NCBI GenBank assembly: GCA_002245135.1
Contig: NGBS01000295.1
Location: forward strand, 1-64,000
DNA length: 64,000 nt
Source of the DNA: Proteromonas lacertae
Lineage: Eukaryota
Direction: 5' to 3'
Below the pieces are notes generated by a model. That model did not search any database. It worked only from the letters and a program-made list of their open reading frames with translations, and was not told the origin of the DNA. Position 1 is the stretch's first letter. Each line of letters begins with the position of its first letter. Positions 50,020 to 64,000 of this stretch are shown here, one piece after another. Made by a program: the position numbers and the translations under genes.

Positions 50020-52027
50020 TTAAGCTAAGAATTTTTCCATTTTCGCTAGATTAGCAAGAACATAGCAATTATCACAGCAATGTGATTTTGTTTTATTCTT
50101 TGTATCATATGTCTGTTGCATACAATCATCACAATAACTGAATGAACAAAGTGGACATATCCTATTAACGAATTAAATAAATCTCTATAAAAATAATACT
50201 TCCTCTGATTCATAAATCCAAATATTTCTTTACAATTATGACATTCATTTTGATTTGATCTTAATGGATCACCACTTATATGTTGTCTAGCTAATACAGC
50301 TAAATGTCTAGCTGCTTCTCTAGGAAGGTTCAGAATCACGATCTTGAATTTGTCTATAAAACAATTAAAATAATATAAAATATATATACTTCAATAAACT
50401 AGAATTCTCATCAGCTAATTGTTGAGATCTTTTCTTTAGATCCATTAATTGTTTACCCAGTGTCTGAATATTCTTATCCAATTCAATTCTCTGTAATCTT
50501 AATTGAGCAGCTTCATTTCTTTTAGCTTCTACTTTCTGATTCTCTTTTTTACTGTTATTTTTATCTTTCTTCTTCAATTTATCTAACTGTTGGTTTAAAT
50601 CATCTATTCTTGCTCTAGTATCTTCAATATCGTGTTTCAATTCCCATTGATGTAAATGTGGCTGTAATAAAGTCATTGAATAATTACATAGTGTAATTTC
50701 TGATGGTAACATGACTTGTTTAAGATATTGAGTTTGATCCAATAATTCATTCAAACACAATTGGAATATTTCTTGTGTGATAAAATGTTCAAGTTGTGCT
50801 GGGTCTAATATATCAAATAATCTTTCTCTCCACATTTTCACTGCTTCAGCTAAACACATAATAAGATATATATATACTCTTTGGATCATTTGGTTTTTCA
50901 AGTTGATTTCTTGATGTTAATCTTTTCATATACTATTTATTACAATAACATTAATAATATATATATAATACTCTCTTTTGTTTTTCACCTGGTGCTAATG
51001 GAGGTTGTGTAGTAAATCCATCATACTTTCTTTCAGGCATTTCAAATACATCTTGTCCTCCACCTTCCATCTCAGAAGCAGATGTCTTTGTTCTTCCAGT
51101 GGTTGAAGTTCTTTTATTCCAACCACCTTTTGCACCACCACCAGCATTACTAGCATTACTGACTCTTCTTATACCACCACCAGCTGTACTGGTCCTTGTT
51201 GTACTTCTTCTTCCACCAGTAGCAGCTGTTGTACTTGGCCTTCTTGAACCTGGACCATTGTTATTACCAGTAGAAGATGATCGTCTTGAATTATTATTGT
51301 TATTTTCCATTGATGTGACTTTCTTCTTCGAACCATCAGCTTGAGTTGTACTTATCCTTCTTACTGGAGTTTGACCTGATGTTACTGATCTTCTACTACT
51401 ATTGCCATATCCTTCATTGGTAATACTTCTATGAACTGTAGTAGAGTCATGTCCTGAGTTCTGTGGAGTTAGGGAAGTAGAAGATCTTACAGAAAACATT
51501 GGAGTACCTGGAGCACCTGTTGTAACTCTTCTACCACTTTTGGTGAGAGACTGCTTTGGCTGTTTTTTATCTGTGGAGGAAGTACGACGAACACTGTTGT
51601 TTACGGATGTTGGTGTTGGAGGCTCATTGTCCATTCGTTGACCTGATGTTCTTCTTCCACTTATTGATAAATGTGGTGGTGGAACATTTAAACCTCCCCC
51701 TCCTCCTGATGGAGGTAGATTTGGTGGTGAACGTAATCCAGGTTTTTCAGTTGATCGAGATATTTTTCTGTTTAGTTATAAATAAAATTAAATACGAAAA
51801 ATCTGGTGCTTCACCATATAATGCTTTTAATTTATTTGCTAAGTCTTCTTTTCTTTTAAAATATACATTAATAACAGCTGGTATCTAATAATATTTATAA
51901 AATAGATGTTGTACATTACCGACTTTGTCTGGGTTCCATTTTTGGTAATATGCCTCTAGAATTTTTGCCATTTGTTCTCTATAACAATAATATGTTTTTT
52001 CTGATACTTTTCACCCTCTTCACTCAT
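50020..52027 (-). CDS. Protein with N-terminal helical YYQKWNPDKV domain, Pro/Ser/Arg-rich linker, coiled coil and C-terminal FYVE-like zinc finger
   Basis: CHNCKEIFGFMNQR...CPLCSFSYCDDC...CCDNC; coiled coil RARIDDLNQQLDKLKK. Confidence 0.7.
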
Positions 52028-52200
52028 TCCGTTAGATTCTGGATCCATTAATATTAAGAAAAATAATCCGTTGGCACAAACCCTGTCAAGCCAATATTTT
52101 TTTGAAATTTTCAATTTATGATGATAAGGATTACTATTATTTCACGGAAATGTTACTTTATAAAAGAAAAAACATAATCAGATAATAATATGAAATAAGT

Positions 52201-53412
52201 TTAATGTGTTTTGCTAAGATTCCATTCATCTGCTGGATTAACTGATGGTGGTGGAATAAAATATTGATATGTATATGTACCCTTGATACGATACATACCA
52301 AATACATTTCTAGCTTCCTTTTCAAATGGAGTTGGTATCATCTAGTAATTAATAAATAAATATAAATACTCCTAAATCAGAAAACTTCAAAGCAGTACTT
52401 TCAGGTGATAATACATTATCAGAACAACGTATTTCAACATCATCTCTAACAATCTTTGGATTTGGGAAGAATTCACACAAATAAGCCACTTTCTTTGCCA
52501 TACTCTTAGATATATTACCAAGCTTTGGTTTGAAATGACATATTTCATACATATATTCTATAATTTCTCTAATTGACTTCACTTGTGAACCAGCTAATTC
52601 AAATGTTTTACCTTCATATTTATCTATATCACTTACTATTCTTCGTATCGCTTCAGCTACATCTCCAACATACACTGGCTGTTTTCTAGCATTTCCTCCA
52701 TTAATCATACATAAGGAAGGTGCATAGGCATGTACTTGAGCAAACCAATTCAAGAATCTATCTTCTTGTCCATACATATCAGCTGGACGGACTATTACTG
52801 CTTCAGGAAATTCATCTCTTACTACCTTTTCACCAATTGCTTTGGTTCTACACCATTCCGATGGATGATATGGGTTTTGCTGTAAAGCAGAACAATGAAT
52901 GAAATGTTTCACTCCTAATTCTTTACTAATACGTGCAATTCGTTGTGGTACTTCTACGTTGGTTGCTTGTTGAGTGTAATTAACTGAGATTCCAGCCAAG
53001 TGTTTTGTTTCGTAATATTTACCAATTAAGTTGATTACTACATTTGAATGTCTTATACATTCTCTAATACTGTCTTCATCACGTGGATCAAATGGTAAAG
53101 CATTAATCTATAACAAAATTAAATTGTTTTAAGTAATACATATCCTGGATGGCCTAATGGCTTTAAATGACGATGTTCATCAATGTCACCACGGCATGGA
53201 ATCTTTAAAATGCCATTTCTTTTAGCTAACTCTTCTACAACGTAACGACCTAAAAATCCAGTCGATGCTCCAAATATTGTGAATGTATTATTCGTTATTC
53301 CATAGTAATTTACAATTGAACGCTATTTATCATAAATTTTTAAATGTCATACTAAATAAACTGATTGAAGATGAGTAGCATTAACACACGATTTTAATGA
53401 TCTTGACAACAT
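52201..53412 (-). CDS. NDUFA9: NADH:ubiquinone oxidoreductase 39-kDa subunit (complex I) with N-terminal targeting peptide
   Basis: TIFGASTGFLGRYVV, SNVVINLIG, FIHCSAL, TKAIGEKVVRDEFPEAVIVRPADMYGQEDRFLN, KQPVYVGDVA; presequence MLSRSLKSCV. Confidence 0.93.
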
Positions 53413-53605
53413 ATTCGTTGAATTATATATCTAAATTGTTGTTAAAATTAAATAAAATCAAAACTCTTTGATTTCTTTATTTGGCTTGATTATAATGAAA
53501 CGGATAATAATTTTTTATATTTATATCTTGCTATTTAAGAGTTTATTTAAGTAAAATTACATCTCTTTGTGATATTTATATATTAATACATAAATAAAAT
53601 TACAT

Positions 53606-54329
53606 ATGACAAATGAAACACAAATTGGTTATGTAATTCCAGGTTCAGGTGATGCATTGTCATTAAGTTATAGATTACGTATGATTAATAATAGTTATTA
53701 TGTAGAAAAAATGTTTGACAAAACAAAAGAAGGTGATTGTATTAATCTCATAATTCTAATAATAGTCAAATGGCAAAGCATAAGAAGAACAATCAGGTCA
53801 TTTTCTTCTGATAGATACATTGAGTCTATAACCTTAGTACCAATTCCTATACCAGATGTTGAGGTAAAAGTATATTATTAAATAACACACATTAGGTATT
53901 TGCTTTATGTGATAATCTACAGCTTATATATACAAGGGAATTTATTGATAAAGCATATAGAATTGTAATAAGAAAACCATTTAATTATGAAAAGTATTTC
54001 TTTTATTTTAAAATATTATGAAAAATAGAATGGATTTGAATGTAATAAATGGAAAGCATGATACTCCTGCTGTATATTTATTTTGTTATTATATTTATAC
54101 ACAGCATGAAAGCACTAAAAATCTTTCAGAAATACCAATTGATTCAAAAAATAAAGGATATGAATTATTAAACAAAATAGGATGGAATGGAGGTGGTTTA
54201 GGAAAGAAGGAACAAGGTATAACAGAACCAATAAATGTATTGAAAAGAAAAAGACAAGATTCAAGTCAAATGAGGAAGAATACGAAGTTTAAAGGAAAAC
54301 ATGTGATATTTAAAGAATCTGAAGAATAA
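53606..54329 (+). CDS. G-patch domain protein
   Basis: IDSKNKGYELLNKIGWNGGGLGKKEQGITEPI; four short introns. Confidence 0.8.
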
Positions 54330-54457
54330 GTCTGTATTTTGTTATTTATTTTCGATAATAATTTATTTTAATGTGTTGTTAAATATGTGTTTTAATGTGG
54401 TTATTTCTAAGAGAGATTGAGAATTTTAAAATATGAAACGAATATTATTTTAATAAT

Positions 54458-55588
54458 ATGATATCTTCATTGAAAGAAGTATATATGCATGAATTTATTG
54501 TTTGTAGAAAGCTAAATTATATGGAACAATAGGTGTATCGTTTTGTGTAGGAGCAACAGCTGTATCTTGTTGTTTATGTTTTATATTTGTTATAAACTAT
54601 ATTTTTGCTTTGATTACTTATTATGCATTTTACAGCTATTATATACCTCCTCCTTTGTACAAAGTTCCTTTCACATTTCAATATCAGTATGAAAAGAAGT
54701 AATATTATATTATTAATAGTCAAAACGTAAATGAAACATGCATTCCATTTGCTTCTATTAATTTAATAAATGAAAACCAAGATTGGTATCTTAATTCTTC
54801 AATGTTTAAGGAATCACATGAGTATTAGAGTATTAAATATATATTTATGTAGAACATACCTATCTTCAAATAATAAATATACAGTAGAGGTGTTTATGAA
54901 ACTTCCAGAAAATCCACAAAACCAGTTTCATTCTATATTCTCCATAACAACTCAATTTTATTCTCACAAAGGTCAATTAATTGCTTCATCCACAAGAAGT
55001 TTATCATTTCCATATCATTCACCTTATATTAGATATATTCGTACTATATTGTTATCTCCATTATATATTTATGGAATAATTGAAGAGATTGAAATATTCT
55101 CAGTTAAGCCTTTTACTTGGTTTTATGAGAATAAGAAATATCCATTACAAAGAATAGATGTTTATTTATCAGACAAAGATGTTGATATTTATGAAGGAAA
55201 TATTGAAATAAGATCAAAACTATCAGGATTGAAATGGTTTATTTCAAATTTCAAGTATGTAATTGGAATAACTTATGCATTTTTAAATGCTTTATTCTTT
55301 ACATTACTTTCACTGTTGATTATGTTGATAATAATATATTTTTATGGAAGTACAATGTTATCTTCGTTATTAGACAGTAATAATAATGTGAATAGTGATT
55401 CTGATTCGAGTGGAAGAAATAGTAGAAATAGTAGTAGAAAAAGCAGTAGAAGAAATAGTAGCAGTGACAAAAGTGATGGTAATGATGAAGATAAAGATGA
55501 TATAAAGTTGGATGATGATGATAATATTCATGTTAAGAAGGAGAATGATTTGAGAAGAAGAAAACCATATCATTATAATTCAGATTGA
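54458..55588 (+). CDS. BSCL2: Seipin (lipid-droplet biogenesis protein)
   Basis: TM1 ending YYAFYSYYIP; luminal YTVEVFMKLPENPQN...ASSTRSLSFPYHSPYIRYIRTILLSPLYIYG; LSGLKWF; TM2. Confidence 0.85.
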
Positions 55589-55669
55589 TTTATTTATTGA
55601 ATAATTTATTTATGTATTTTTATTTTTTTATTTTCCATACTCAAAACTGTAAATATTATAACATATAAA

Positions 55670-57608
55670 TTACATTAATACACACATTAAACACTTGGAT
55701 AATTTTTCATCATTATCACTATCATCAGGATGAAAATTGAATTGATCATCATGAAAAGAATTCTGTTTTTTCTTCTTATTTCCCTGTGTCAATATCAACT
55801 GGAGTAATTGTTTTGTTATTAGAATTAGTTGAATTTCTTTTGCTAGATACAGTTCTACTTCTATTATGTCTTACTATAGTATTTGGAGACATAACATCAA
55901 CTCTTGCTTCATTAGGTCGTATTAAAGAGAAAGGAACAATTTTATTTTTGCTACTTTTACTACCCTTTGAAGTTGGTTTTGTATTTGGATTAGGAAAAGA
56001 AAAGGATGGTTTCCGAAAGAATGGTTTAACTTTGTATAAATCTCCATAATCTATATTATTATTATTATTGTTATTAAAATTATTATTTCCTTTGTAACTA
56101 TTATTATCTTGATTATTCATTACATCTAATAATGTAGGATAAGATTGAGAACGTTTATGCTTATGTTTTATTTTCACTAAACTGAAGTCATTAGCTGTAT
56201 AAGTAAACTCATCGTCATTATTATTATCATCATTATCATCATCTACTTCAACACTAATAGAAGGTGAATCAATTGGTGGAAATGATTCAATATTATGCTT
56301 ACTAATTCTATACTCTGTATTTTGACTATTTCTTTTATGATAATGTCTACAATGAGGATTACTGTTATCACTGTTACTATTTCTTCTATTATTATCAATA
56401 TTAGTTATTATTAATGGAGGTGGTGGTTTTGGTGAATCAATAATTAGTGGAACTTTCTTTATTCTATCGTAATTTTCATAACAATTTGGATTATCACTTT
56501 CATCTAATTCTATACTTTTTCTTTTATTTTTAGGTCTTCCATTAGGTGGAATCCTTTTTTTACTCTTATTATCATCATCATCTTCTTCATCTCCTGAATC
56601 AGGTAAATAGTATTGTGTTTCACTTTCTGTATTTCCTAAAATCACCTTTTTTCCAGTATATTTTTTCTTGTTATTACTTGAATGATTATGATCATCATCT
56701 TCTATATCATTCTCTTCATCTTCACCAGGTAAATAATACATAGTTTTTCCATTATCTTTTGTTAATATTTTCTTTCCAGATCGTTTCTTTGTAGGATTTG
56801 GTATAGTATCTTCATTATCAGGTAAATAATATTGTGTTTTATCTTTCATTCTTTGATTTGTTATATATTCTGAATCTTTTACTGTTATTCTTTTTTTAAT
56901 TGGACTTGGTTCAACATTCTCTTCTAATTTAGATGGCAATGAATATTTCGATTCTTCAACTTCTTTTACTTCCTCTTTATATCTATTATTATTATTATGA
57001 TTTTTATTTAAATAATGCGGTTGATGTGATTGAGAGGATGGTAATTCATATCCATCTCCACACTTTTTTTCTTCATTATATTTATTATTAATAATATTAT
57101 TATGTTTTACATCATTATATCTTCTAGGAGATTTAGTAGATGGGGAAGAAGAATGACCTACATATCCTGTTTCTTCTTTATATATTCTATTATGTTTCAC
57201 ATCACGTGTTCTTCTAGAATGACCCTGTTGAGGTGATGGTGAAGAAGGCGAATAATTATCATCTTCAATTATTCTTTGTTGATGATGTATTTTAGGTTTA
57301 TTATTGACATATTCTCTTGAATTTGTTGGTCCTGGTACTATAGGTAGAAATAAATCTTCTTCTACCTCTTCTTTTTTCTCATCTTCATCATTTTCACTTT
57401 CAATATGCCTTTTACTTCTATCAACACTTGGATCAGCTATACATACGTTATAAAACGATGGTTCTTCTTCATCACTACTCTTCATACTCTCCATCTCTGG
57501 ATCTTCCTCTACTTTATCTAATTTTCTACGTGGTGTATTAGCGTTATTCCTTTTTGCTGTTATATATGCAGGATATTTGTGTTTTTCGCCATAACGATAA
57601 TTACTCAT
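55670..57608 (-). CDS. Intronless, largely disordered N/D/K/S-rich protein; ends in CaaX (CVLM) if one extra G at ~55783 is removed (stop at 55776 as assembled)
   Basis: 610-codon ORF from MSNYRYG; the shifted frame continues GNKKKKQNSF...KLSKCLMCVLM-stop. Confidence 0.7.
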
Positions 57609-57930
57609 CTTTACTTCGCAATCGTATTTCACAATATGTTAAGGTTAATAAATAAAATAATAAGGTGATTTTTATTAGTTTTAAAAACACAACTTCTTTA
57701 TTTGTGAAGTTATCTAATTGCGTAAACTAAATCTAAAATTACAAAGGTAATGTAACTGTTTTTTCAAAAATTTTGTTTTGTTTTGTATTTTGAAAGAGAA
57801 ACTCATTATTTATGGTTTATTTGAGTTATATTCGAACAATTATTGTATTTTATGGGAATAAAGCTGATAAATACCAAAGCTTGATAAAAGCTCGATCACT
57901 TTGTTGTTGTTTTTTCTGCCAAATACAGTT

Positions 57931-60900
57931 ATGTTTGAAGGAATAATATCTTCAATCATTACAAATTATCTGAGCAAATATTGTGACAACATTAACCCAA
58001 AGCAAATACAGCTATCTATTTTTAGAGGTAATGTTAATTTATCTGAAGTTATTTTGAAGGAATCATCTTTTACATCCGATAATTTTCCCATTAAAATGGC
58101 CTTTGGTAGAATAAATCATATAGAAATCCAATTACCTCAATTAATACACATACTCTCCAGACCTATCACAATCAACATAGAAAATATCCTTCTTATTTTA
58201 GGTATAGTCGTAAATAACACATTTCTATTAAATAGATGCATCTACACCAACTCAATTCGACACAATTAGAGAAGTAAAGAGAAAACTTGATGAAAAACTA
58301 AAAACATTACAGAATATGAAGAACTGGGAAAAGGTTTAAATAATCATTAAAAATAACTTCAATAGGGTGAAAATGAAATAGCTAAAAAGTCATTAAAATA
58401 CTCAATCTTAGAGAAATTACTCTATAATATCCAAATATCAATTAAAAACATTCATATCCAATATAGAAACACTACAAGCTCTTCAATTGGAATTATCATC
58501 CCAAAATTCTCAGTTTTATCAACAAATTCTGATTGGATAGAGAATGTGAATAACCAATCATATTATAATAGATTTCTATCATATTTTCTACCAAAGAATC
58601 CACATGAATTATATAAATTATGCCAATTCGATTCTATTAGTTTGTATAAATATATAAATGCATGAATCTGATTTGTATAATATAATAGTTATATATGTAA
58701 TGAAGATGAGATGAGTTATAAAATGTTATGGAATAAAATGAACAATGATGAAAATGATGAAATAATGAAATATTATAATAAATACTTTATATTAAAACCA
58801 ACTCAAATTCATTTAAAGTTTTGGATAAATGAGAATCCAATTAATAATGTTGAAGTTAATCTTGACCCAATCTTTTTAAATATTTCACAATCACAGTATT
58901 ATACGTTAATTACATCATTTCAATATTTGAACTATATTAACCGTATATATATATATATATTTAATATATTTATATTTTCTATTAGAATTATCTCATACCT
59001 ACAAGTTGCCTCCATCAGTTTCAGTCAATAAAAATGCTAAAATATGGTGGAAATATGCAATAGAATTAATAATAAAACGAAATAAAGAAAGAAAAAGAGA
59101 AATGAATAGGATGTTATGGTTATTAGTGAATAGAAGGAAATATATAAATAGTTATAAGAAAATCCTCTTAGATAATATGAATAAAGAAGATGTAGATGTT
59201 ATTAATGAGATTGAAATGAATAGAAATGTTTATGTTGAAGATATAGTTATAATGAGACAAATAGCATTAGAGGAAGTATAATAATAATTATTATGATTAC
59301 ATTACATATAGTATCGAAATGAAACAAATAAGCTGATTGTACCACCAAATATTAAAACAAAATTGAAAAGTAAACCAAAAATAAAAGAAGATGATGAAGA
59401 TATTGACGATGAAGAAGATGATTCTCCACTAGAAAATCCATTATCTAAAGAATTAGGCAATTTAACTGAAGATGAATATCAACTATTATTGGATAATATT
59501 GATTGGGAAGATGAAAAGGATTATTATTTGAAACTATTTACTGATAAAGATGAAAAGATTATATTTATATCTGCAAATATAAAGATTGAAAGTTTAAATA
59601 TTTCTCTTTACAGTAGAAATCGTATGAATATGAATATGAATATGAATATTTATTGATATAAAAAAATAGATCCGTTAGCAAATATAGAATTATCCAATGT
59701 TAAGTTGAATTTGGAGAAAAGATATAACAGTTACTTATTATCATCAACTGTGAAATCATTAAATATATATGATGAGCAAAGATCCAATTATGAACCAGAA
59801 ACAAATGTAGTATATAGTGATATAAATAATGAAGAAATATTATCATTTTTATTTCATTATAACATATCAACAACATCATTCAAAAGTGGATCTAGCATTT
59901 GAGACAAATCTATTTGATGTTAAATTCACTGTTTTTAAATGATTTAATCAAATATTTTATTATTGCAAAGGATAAATCATATAGAATACCATTGAAAATT
60001 GATAAAGATTTATCATTGTATATATATATATATTTAATTATAATTGTTATTATATAGCCAATCACCAACATTTACTAAATTCATTGAGAACATACTAATC
60101 CATAGAACACAAATTGATTTAAACATCTCTCTAACTTGTCCAATAATCATTATAAGAGAAAATGCAGATAATCATGTCAATCATGAATTGATAATAGAAT
60201 TAGGAAAGTTAAATGTTAAAAGTAATTTATTACAGTTTGATTCATCATGTCCATCCTCATTATCATCTTCCAATTTATCATCCAGTGAAATTGAATCATT
60301 TGCTGATACATATTCCATCAATATTGGTCCAATAATAATGAAGGTAGGAATGAAAGATAGTAATGAATATTATAATATATGTGAACCATTTTCATTTCAT
60401 TTTATATTATCTCATTTTTTACTTGAAATGAATAAATTATCAAATTATAAACTATTGTCATTTATTGATCCAATATTGTTCATTATAACTGAACCAATAG
60501 TGAATGAATTTGTATATTTAGTCATATATTTCTTTGCTATAGAATATTTTAATTCCTGCAATATACAATCACATTAAACCATTGATGAAATTGAAAAATG
60601 ATAATCCCCAACAATCTTCAATGGTAATAGATAATTCAAATATATTATCTCCTTATCAACAAGATATAAACAATTTAGTATGGAACAAAATAAAGTTAAA
60701 AGTCAATACTAATATACCTCTTCTATCATTCCAAATTAACTATCAAAAATTGAATTTTTCTTTCAATGTAAATGAATTGTTTTTATCATATTCTACATCT
60801 TCATACAATACTGAAATTATTTCAACGGTCAATTCATTTTCACTTCAACCACATGTTGGTAAACTATTGATTTCATGTCCATTTAACTTTATGAGTTTTA

Positions 60901-63900
60901 AATATATTCAAAATTATACTGCTAATAATTTAGGTAAAGAAATACTGTTGAATTTAAATGTTATTCATTTGTTTTTGCATTATAATATACTTAGTGATTT
61001 CTATGATACATTATTGATGTATAAGTCATATTTGCCCAATTATCAAAACAAAACAAATCAAAACCAACCCATCGAATATGTAGAAGATTATCCAACCAGA
61101 ATGGAATGTAAATTGAATGATTTTCAAATGCATATTATTTCATCAAATATAGCCAATGATCAGCTACTTTTAGAATTGAAATGTGTTTCATTCAGTAGAA
61201 CAAAATCAAAAAAGTATAATGAAAATATCTTTGATATAAATACGTTCAATATCAAGAATAGAAATAGTAATGATGATAATAATGGTAGTAATAATTATAT
61301 ATTAAAATCATCCAATTTATTACATTTTGAACAAAAACAAGATGATAATAAAATAAATATAAACTCACATTTGTCAGTTGTTGATATATCATTATCTCCT
61401 GAATTAAATGATTATATTGTATTTGTTTCACTTATACAGAAATATATGTCATTAATTCAACCAAAAACTAAAAAACAAGTAGAAGTTAAAGAAGAATTGG
61501 TAAATACAAATGAAGATAGCTTAATAAAGAGTAATATAAATCAAATTAGTTGTGAACTTGATGGAATATCAATTTCTTCGTCATTAATGTCTCTTAAAAT
61601 GAAATTAACGAAAGTAAATATGATAATCACACCATTCTATGATATTGAAACATCTAAATACATTAGAATCATTACTTTAACAAATAGAATGAATGGTATA
61701 GAATTAACATATAAAAATATGTCATTATTGTTAATAAATGTGTTGGAATTATCTGTCAACAATACTGATGAAACAAGTATAGTGTTGGAGTTGCCTTCTG
61801 AGAGAAATGAATTGTATTTACATCCTCAGTTTATACTATCAATGAAAGAATTGTTTGTGAAATATAAAGATTCATTTATACCACAAAATCAAAACAAGAA
61901 AAAGAAGATAAAGGAAAATAATAAAGAAAAGAAATTAATAAAATTTCAATTCTTAGTCAAATCAAGTCTAGTTGGGTTGTACAATTTTCAAGATAGAATC
62001 ACTTATAAATGCATATTTGAATCTGTTGATGTTCATCAACAGTTAAACCCATTTAAGTCACATATTATTGTATATCATTTATCATTCTATGGAAAAAATA
62101 ATAATCAATTGGTATTTATTCCTGTAACTGAAAAACCTTTGGTAGTTGTTAAAGTTATTCAAAAGAGTGAAAGACATATATTTTTTGATATTCAAGTGAA
62201 TAAAGAATCTAACATTTATGCCATATATGATAATGACAACTTTTTAGCTGGTGTTTTAGATTTCAGATATGGTTTTATGGAAGTGAGTCATGTTGTTGAG
62301 CCAAATCTACTTATAGATTATGAATTGAAATTGCATAGATTTAAAGTGAGAATAATAAAAAATGAACTATTATCAACAATTTCTTTTGATTATTTATATT
62401 TATATGGTTCTAATTACAAGTATATTATGTTAATATAATATTTATGTTTTATAGAACTAAACCAATAATAATTAAATCTGATGGTGTTGATGTTATATTT
62501 GATGAAAATGAAAAGATATCTTCTTACAATAGAAATAATAAAGCTGAAATAGTAATATTTCCATATTGTAAAGAAATAAACCATTGTATATTAATTTTAA
62601 TATTAATGTGAATAGTAATAAATGATGTAAATATAACACTATCAAACCATCAAATATATATTTACAAACCATATGTTTTTCAGTGGATTGAATTGTTATT
62701 GAATTATGTTTTAATCTCAGAAATACCTAATCCAGAACCACAACCAGTTAATACAATAATCAACTTAACTGATTGTAGTATTAGAATTTTATTGAATGAT
62801 AAAAGTTATGATAATTTTTATAGTATAAAAGTAAGAGGTAAACAAGAAAAAGCAATTGATATTGTTACTTTTGGTGTAAAGAATGATTTCAAATTGAAAT
62901 TAACAGATATAGAAATAAAATACAAGAAATATCTTTTGAATAATGAAGTATTGAATATCCCATTTTCAAAGATATTTTCGTTGAAAGTTAATGGTTCAAT
63001 AGATGAAATTAATATGAAATACAAGATAAAAATAAATAATCCAATTATCTCTCTTACTCCTTTACTTTACACAACATTTCTCAGTTTATTTTCTAATAAT
63101 TTTTCAGTTGCTTATGGAAAAGCATTAACAAATCCAAATCTATCAAAAATGTCTATTAATTTGGAGTTATTGTTCAAAAATTCAATTATATCTTTAGCAT
63201 CAGGTGGATATGCGAGTGGAAAAAGTATTCAGCCTTTAATTGGTGAATCAAAATACATCAAAATGGTATTAAACTCAGATGGAAATAGTGGTGATATGTC
63301 ATTTCAATTTAATTTATCAAATATGAATTTCAAGTGTAATAACAATCAAATATGTTTGAATGTAGATGAAGGTTCAAAGATTTATGTTGATTATTTAGCT
63401 TATAACAATTGGATTGATAGAAAGATGAATGTAATTATTCAAGATGGTAATATGTTGTTGTTGAATGATGTTTTTACTCATTTATATCAAGTATATTTTT
63501 ATATTGTTATTGTGTTATAGTTTATTAAAGAATACTTATATATAACAAGAATACAAAATCCGCCATATTCAAAATCAGTTATAAACTTACAATTTGAGCA
63601 TTTCAATATGTTTTATAAATCGCCATCTTATGGTGGAATAGGAATTGTAACAGATCTTAATTTATTATTGGAATTAACAAATATATCAAATATATATCAT
63701 GGAGTATTATCCAATACTCATTTATATTCATTACCAGAATATGGATTAGGATTTAAGAAAGAAATCGCTGTTATTGAAGAAAAACTACTTTTAGATGTTG
63801 ATTATACAAACATTGATATAAAATCATCAATAAGAATAAAGACATTTAAAATTAATGTTGATTATCAAGATATATTATTGTTTATAAACTGTTATAGTCA

Positions 63901-64000
63901 AGTATCTAAAATGTCATCTCCTGTATACTAATCATTTTTTAATCATTTAGCAAAATGCAATATTACAAGTTGGGGTTTATCCTAATGTATTCATTGATAC
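57931..64000 (+). CDS. VPS13: VPS13-family bridge-like lipid transfer protein, 5' part (continues beyond the window)
   Basis: Chorein-N MFEGIISSIITNYLSKYCDNINPKQIQLSIFRGNVNLSEVILK; NIQISIKNIHIQY; PSVSVNKNAKIWWKYAI; CPIIII...LIIELGKLNVKS; many short introns. Confidence 0.92.

Noticed and set aside
54458..64000. Seipin near VPS13 as a lipid-droplet gene cluster
   Set aside because: Two genes separated by an unrelated one; chance adjacency is sufficient.

Overview
AT-rich eukaryotic nuclear DNA with dense genes and very short GT-AG introns (mostly about 24-36 nt). A fused SufCB gene, a complex I subunit with a mitochondrial-type presequence and giant Ig/PA14 surface proteins point to an anaerobic gut stramenopile of the Blastocystis/Proteromonas (Opalinata) group; this is inference, not a database result. 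0.45-8.6 kb is an array of ~5.9 nearly identical 1.38-kb units, each a complete intron-containing eIF4A-III gene. The array appears inserted into an LRR gene at a duplicated ATCGAT, with templated filler DNA at both junctions, next to a hAT transposase fragment. Then follow two orphan genes, tRNA-Glu(TTC), a CARMIL-like gene, a ~2,000-aa PA14/Ig/HRM surface protein, a Gly-rich/TNFR-like multi-TM protein, and three probable laterally acquired genes (nitroreductase, MFS permease, SufCB with a Cys-rich linker). Next are a ~4,035-aa adhesin-like protein with two copies of the same ~1,570-aa cassette and housekeeping genes (UBE2E-like, RRM-RS, FYVE, NDUFA9, G-patch, seipin, a protein with a hidden CaaX end, VPS13 running off the end). 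A TCAAGC/GCTTGA motif recurs upstream of many starts. Scattered single-base homopolymer indels look like long-read errors, and several gene models below assume they are.
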